Below, piece by piece: positions 59,531-64,000 of a stretch of DNA of 64,000 bases. This DNA is from Treponema sp. UBA4377 (GTDB lineage: Bacteria > Spirochaetota > Spirochaetia > Treponematales > Treponemataceae): NCBI GenBank assembly GCA_002391235.1, contig DGRX01000013.1, positions 68,742 through 132,741 on the forward strand, written 5' to 3'. The position numbers were made by a program, and so were the translations under genes. Each line of letters opens with the position of its first letter. The first letter of the stretch is position 1. Below the pieces are notes generated by a model. The model did no database searches. It worked only from the letters and a program-made list of their open reading frames with translations, and had not been told where the DNA came from.

Positions 59531-61731
59531 TGATTTACGTAATTCTAAATATTGGAATAGCCGCGTATTTGGCTTGGGCTTCGTTCAACGTCAACACAAA
59601 GAACATGAGGAACGAAAACTCCCTCATTAACATTGTGCTGCTTTCGGCCGCTACCGCCGTCTTGATGGTGGTCTCCTTGCTTATGGTCATGTGGGGGCCT
59701 GAACGTTTCACCGTTTTCTTGGAACACGCGATGCTGTTCTTGATCGGCTTGATATTCGTTGTAATAGCCTTTTATTTTTTGGGGAACGCGGTCAAGCGCA
59801 ATAAGTTTGCCAGTTTCTTGGAAGTGTTCTTCATCCTCGCCGCGCTTTATATTTCTTCTTCAAAGATTGAAATTGCCGACTACACCCGCTTTGAACTTGG
59901 CTCCGAGCTTTTGTTCAAGGGCGAGCTGGCGAAATTCTTTCCGATAAATTGGATCCACGCGTACTTTGGAATTTTTGTGTTTTTCCTGCCCGGAATGAGC
60001 GCCTTGATAGTGCTTCTTAGCGCCGAAAACTCTAATTCCAGGCAAGCCTTCCAGCGCGCGATTTTGTTTGGCGCGGCCCTTGCTTTCGCATGGATTTCAA
60101 GCTTTGCGCTGGTTTACATTTCGGAAATGCTTCCGATGATGATTACGCTTTACACTGGAGTCCTTGCGATTTTTGTCACCTTCTTGACTAGAATTTCGGT
60201 CCAGGACAAAATTTACGATACGATAACGCTGCTTTCGGGGCTGTTGGTCAACATCATCAAGTACGCTCTTCCGTCTTTTGTTGCGGCCTTGTTTTTTGTG
60301 GGCCTGCGTCCGATTTATTCAACCTCAAAGGGCTTGTACACGACGGTGCTCTTTTTGATCGCGCTTGTGGCCGTTTTTGCCGGCCGCCTTTTTGCCGCCG
60401 CCTTCTCAAAGCTTTCGACCTTCCGCTCTTCAAGCTACGGCGCGGCTTTTGAGGCCGACTTGGCCGCCATCGACTACAACGACGAAACCAGCGACATTTG
60501 CAAAAAGCTTTTTGAAATATTCCAAAACCGCGCCAACGTCGCCGAGATGAAGGTCCTGATAGCGGGCGGAAACAATGAGTTGAACACCGTTTTTGCCAGC
60601 AAGGGAACAAAGCCCACGCTTAGCAGCCTGGATCCCGGCCTTGAGGCGATTCGCCAGCAGAACATCAACATCTTTATGAAAAACCAGGCCGAAGGAATCT
60701 TTGCGCTTGAGCAAAAGCAGGCTGAAATCAACGCTTTCTTTAAGGCTGTCGGAGCGGAAGTCTTGATCATCCTTAACGAAGGCCGCCACTTGGTCGGCGT
60801 CATCGCCCTAGGCGAAAAGCGCGGCGGAGCCAGCTACGACGAATACGACAAGCAAGTCTTTGACAAGCTTTACTCCTACTTCTTTGTTTTTGGCTACTAC
60901 ATGTCAAACATCGCCAACGCTTCCGTCGTCGGAACCGTAAACCGCGAAATCCGCATGTCTGCGCAGATCATCACTTCGATCCAGGAAAACATGGATCCAG
61001 TTGAAAACCCCAAAATGGACGTGGGCTACTTGATGGTTCCCGCCCACAACATTGGCGGCGAATTCGTTGACCTTATCCGCCTTAACGAAAAGCGCCACAT
61101 TTTTGTCACCGGCTCCCTTAGCGGAAAGGGCATCTCGGCCTCAATGAGCATGGTAATCTTAAAGTCTATTATCCGCACTTACCTTAACTCAACCCACGAC
61201 TTTAAGAAGCTTGTGGCAAAGGTCAACCAGTTCATTCGCTTCAGCCTGCCCAAGGGAACTTTCTTTGCCGGCATTTTCTGCTTGATGGACTTTGAGACCG
61301 ACACGCTGTATTACATCAACTGCGGAATCCCGACAATGCTCTTGTACACCCGCGCCTACAACAACGTCATCGAAATCCAAGGAAACGGCTACGTTCTTGG
61401 CTTTGTAAAGGACATCAGCCCGCTCCTTAAGGTAAAGCAAATCAAAATGAACGCCGGAGACGTAATCGCGATTACAACCGCGGGCCTCATCAACAGCCAC
61501 TCTCTGCGCGGCGAACAGTACGGAAAGGACAGAATAAAGAAGTCCATGACCGACAACTATATGTACAGCGGAATGCGCATGTGCTCGTTCTTGTTTGACG
61601 ACCTAAAGCGCTTTATGGCCAAGGAACTTGACGACGACATCACGGTAATGATGATCCGCTACCTTGACAAGGACAGCCAGACTGTAAGCGACGAGGAGGA
61701 CAGCGACAATGGAAGCGTTGACAATAACTGA
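59530..61731 (+). CDS. polytopic membrane PP2C-type (SpoIIE family) phosphatase
   Basis: About 9 TM segments; GGEFVDLIRL...TGSLSGKGISASM, DDITVMMI. Confidence 0.8.
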   Translation: MIYVILNIGIAAYLAWASFNVNTKNMRNENSLINIVLLSAATAVLMVVSLLMVMWGPERFTVFLEHAMLFLIGLIFVVIAFYFLGNAVKRNKFASFLEVFFILAALYISSSKIEIADYTRFELGSELLFKGELAKFFPINWIHAYFGIFVFFLPGMSALIVLLSAENSNSRQAFQRAILFGAALAFAWISSFALVYISEMLPMMITLYTGVLAIFVTFLTRISVQDKIYDTITLLSGLLVNIIKYALPSFVAALFFVGLRPIYSTSKGLYTTVLFLIALVAVFAGRLFAAAFSKLSTFRSSSYGAAFEADLAAIDYNDETSDICKKLFEIFQNRANVAEMKVLIAGGNNELNTVFASKGTKPTLSSLDPGLEAIRQQNINIFMKNQAEGIFALEQKQAEINAFFKAVGAEVLIILNEGRHLVGVIALGEKRGGASYDEYDKQVFDKLYSYFFVFGYYMSNIANASVVGTVNREIRMSAQIITSIQENMDPVENPKMDVGYLMVPAHNIGGEFVDLIRLNEKRHIFVTGSLSGKGISASMSMVILKSIIRTYLNSTHDFKKLVAKVNQFIRFSLPKGTFFAGIFCLMDFETDTLYYINCGIPTMLLYTRAYNNVIEIQGNGYVLGFVKDISPLLKVKQIKMNAGDVIAITTAGLINSHSLRGEQYGKDRIKKSMTDNYMYSGMRMCSFLFDDLKRFMAKELDDDITVMMIRYLDKDSQTVSDEEDSDNGSVDNN

Positions 61732-62035
61732 AAAGAAGGGCGCCAACTACATTCTTCTTGAATTGAACGGCGCGATAAATTCATACACTTTGACGGAATT
61801 TCAAAACCGCGTTTACGCGGCGATTCAAGAAACAAACTTGGTTCTTGACTTGTCCAACGTTTTTGAAATCGACTCCACCGGAATGGGCGTTTTGTTCGCA
61901 GCCTTTAACGACGGCCGCGAAGCCGGAAAGCGCCTTTACCTTATGAACATGTCTCCGCAAGCCCAAAAAACGGTCAGCGACACCGGCTTTTTGGACGCCT
62001 TTAACGTCATCAGCTCGGTCACAGAAGTAGAATAG
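61709..62035 (+). CDS. STAS-domain anti-sigma-factor antagonist (SpoIIAA/RsbV-like)
   Basis: 108 aa; VLDLSNVFEIDSTGMGVL with the conserved phospho-Ser context. Confidence 0.75.
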   Translation: MEALTITEKKGANYILLELNGAINSYTLTEFQNRVYAAIQETNLVLDLSNVFEIDSTGMGVLFAAFNDGREAGKRLYLMNMSPQAQKTVSDTGFLDAFNVISSVTEVE

Positions 62036-62225
62036 CGGCAAAAAAAAGCAAAAGAAAGCCTAAAATTGCTTGTTAGCCGCATGAGCCGCAACATTCGCGC
62101 TACGTTCCGTTTTGCTATTGGAATTTTATCCAACTGCGCTCTTGCGAGCGCTGGCAATCGCAACCAAGCTTGCGCGAACAGCGGTATTATCGCGCTGCAA
62201 TAACGCCGTGAAAATAATCACAGTA

Positions 62226-62251
62226 AACCGCCTGTTTGGGGCGGTTTTTTT
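62226..62251 (+). terminator. Rho-independent terminator
   Basis: CCGCC-TGTTTGG-GGCGG followed by T7. Confidence 0.6.
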
Positions 62252-62309
62252 ATTGGCGGAGCGCTATGGCGGGCTTTTTGGTTAGCATATGCTAATTATT
62301 GTGGTTTTT

Positions 62310-62327
62310 TAGTGAAACTTTTCACAG
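62310..62327. promoter_or_regulatory. candidate Rex operator upstream of ldh
   Basis: TAGTGAA-ACTT-TTCACAG compared with the Rex consensus TTGTGAA-N4-TTCACAA. Confidence 0.45.
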
Positions 62328-62519
62328 AATGGCGAAAAAATCGCGAAATTCGCGCGAATTCTTCATATATATTGACGTTTGCTTATTAACAAAATCTGAA
62401 TATGGGTTTATACTTTAATTTGAATTTATTGTATCCTTGGGCTTATTGTCTTTGGACACATAGATTCAAACTATAACAGGCAAAAATTAAATTCTATATC
62501 GGAATTTACAGGAGTTTTT

Positions 62520-63461
62520 ATGGCAAACAAAATTACCATCATCGGTGCGGGCCAAGTAGGATCAACGGTAGCCTACGCGCTCACTTTAAAGCAGTTGGCT
62601 TCGGAAATCGTGGTCATTGACATCATCAAGGAAAAGGCGATGGGCGAGGCGATGGACATTCGCCAGGCCACTCCCTTTGTAGGCCCCATTTCGGTTCGCG
62701 ACGGCGACTACGAGGACGCCAAGGGCTCCGACATCGTCATCTTCACTTCCGGAGTCGGAAGAAAGCCCGGCCAGTCGCGCCTTGACCTTACCCAGACCAA
62801 CGTCGACATCACAAAGTCTGTTATTCCTTTGATAACAAAGGCTTGCCCCAACGCTCTTTACGTAATCGTAGCCAATCCTGTTGACATTTTGACATACCAG
62901 TTCGTAAAAACTTCCGGCATCCCGGAGAACCGCATTTTCGGAACCGGAACTTTGCTTGACACGGCCCGCTTCCGCGCCCGCATCGCCGAGACCTACAAGG
63001 TAGGCGCGACAAACGTTCACGGCTACGTCTTTGGCGAGCACGGAGACTCTTCTTTTGTTCCGTGGTCTTTGGCCAACATCGGTTCGATCCCAGTGGACAA
63101 CTTCGCCAAGTCTTTCACAGGCCCCAAGCTTCCCGACTTTGACAAGAACGACGTTGAGGACTACATCAGAAAGTCTGGCGGAATCATCATCAGCGCCAAA
63201 AAATTCACAAACTACGGAATCGCGGCCACTACAGCCGACTTGGTCGAGGCGTTGAACTACCACACGGATTCTGTCTTGACAATCTCCTCAATGATGAACG
63301 GCGAGTACGGCATCAAGGACGTTTGCCTTTCAATCCCGACATTGGTCGGCTGCAACGGAATCAAGGGCCACATCGCCGCTCCGCTTACGGACGACGAAGT
63401 CGAAAAGCTGCGCCACTCGGCCGAATGCCTTAAGGACGTCATCAAGCAGGTCAACTTCTAG
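62520..63461 (+). CDS. ldh: L-lactate dehydrogenase
   Basis: [13 protein letters not shown]-binding fold, GEHGDS catalytic loop; 313 aa. Confidence 0.92.
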   Translation: MANKITIIGAGQVGSTVAYALTLKQLASEIVVIDIIKEKAMGEAMDIRQATPFVGPISVRDGDYEDAKGSDIVIFTSGVGRKPGQSRLDLTQTNVDITKSVIPLITKACPNALYVIVANPVDILTYQFVKTSGIPENRIFGTGTLLDTARFRARIAETYKVGATNVHGYVFGEHGDSSFVPWSLANIGSIPVDNFAKSFTGPKLPDFDKNDVEDYIRKSGGIIISAKKFTNYGIAATTADLVEALNYHTDSVLTISSMMNGEYGIKDVCLSIPTLVGCNGIKGHIAAPLTDDEVEKLRHSAECLKDVIKQVNF

Positions 63462-63484
63462 GCCGCTGGACAAAAGGAAAAACT

Positions 63485-64000
63485 ATGGCAGAAAAATTCA
63501 GGATTGAACACGATTCAATGGGCGAGATGAAAGTTCCCGCCGACAAGTACTGGGGCGCCCAGACAGAGCGCAGCCACGAGAACTTTGAGATTGGCGTTGG
63601 CATCGAGACTATGCCGCGCGAAATCACAAAGGCCTTTGGCTACCTCAAAAAGGCCGCCGCCATGGCCAACAACGCTCTTAAGCCGCAAAAGATGACCGCC
63701 GAAAAACTTAAAGTTATCTCCAAGGCTTGCGACGAAGTGATTGAAGGAAAGCTCAACGAGCACTTTCCCTTGGTCGTATGGCAGACCGGAAGCGGCACGC
63801 AGAGCAACATGAACGCCAACGAGGTAATCGCCAACCGCGCCAATCAAATCGCGGGCAAAAAGCTTTGCCACCCCAACGACGACATCAACATGAGCCAGTC
63901 GTCAAACGACACTTTCCCCACGGCGCTCCACATTTCCGCCGTATACGCCATCGAAGACAAGCTCTTCCCGGCGATCGACACTCTTGTTTCAACTTTCAAA
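63485..64000 (+). CDS. fumC: class II fumarate hydratase, N-terminal part (runs off the window)
   Basis: Manual translation: [30 protein letters not shown]...[21 protein letters not shown]...SSNDTFPTA. Not in the ORF track because there is no stop in the window. Confidence 0.9.
   Translation, partial: MAEKFRIEHDSMGEMKVPADKYWGAQTERSHENFEIGVGIETMPREITKAFGYLKKAAAMANNALKPQKMTAEKLKVISKACDEVIEGKLNEHFPLVVWQTGSGTQSNMNANEVIANRANQIAGKKLCHPNDDINMSQSSNDTFPTALHISAVYAIEDKLFPAIDTLVSTFK

Noticed and set aside
62040-62225. ORF-free 190-nt stretch after the STAS gene as a small RNA or riboswitch
   Set aside because: It contains short hairpins (GCGCTC-TTGC-GAGCGC, GCGCGA..TCGCGC) and ends at a terminator. I see no promoter, no repeat copy and no recognisable motif. 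It may simply be the 3' UTR of the operon.

Overview
The window looks like spirochaete chromosome, probably Treponema-like. That call rests on gene content only: a TatT-DctP-DctQM TRAP transporter, flgB-flgC-fliE, infC-rpmI-rplT, pta, grpE-dnaK-dnaJ, ldh and fumC. The housekeeping backbone covers 1-23.1 kb and 51-64 kb. It is interrupted by a genomic island of about 27.8 kb (23167-50992) integrated into tRNA-Val(CAC). A tyrosine integrase sits next to the intact tRNA. A 28-bp copy of the tRNA 3' end (attR, 50965-50992) closes the island and overlaps the 3' end of a MATE efflux gene.

The island is a densely modular accessory array. It carries type II toxin-antitoxin modules: Phd/RelE with a frameshifted toxin, VapBC, BrnTA and BrnTA remnants. 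It also carries an orphan HEPN gene, a truncated Abi-like gene, an AAA ATPase, four calcineurin-like phosphoesterases, a SLOG-domain protein, at least seven XRE-type HTH genes, a three-gene lipoprotein operon and several pseudogenes.

The most unusual content is non-coding:
- At least 18 copies of the palindrome CATTAAAG-N5-CTTTAAT are each fused to a promoter and sit at cassette boundaries. Three more variants lie between a divergent XRE gene pair.
- A family of about 97-nt repeats is predicted to fold as a three-way junction with compensatory changes. Strong promoters are placed so that transcription would start at the first base.
- Two tRNA-mimic elements directly follow that RNA.
- A family of promoter-hairpin-terminator small RNA units has variable, structure-preserving interiors.
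- Two ORF-free modules of about 440 bp differ by a concerted change in their helically phased iterons (AGTGCCCC versus AGTGCGTT).

All coordinates, repeat counts and folds were derived by eye from the sequence. No database or folding software was used.
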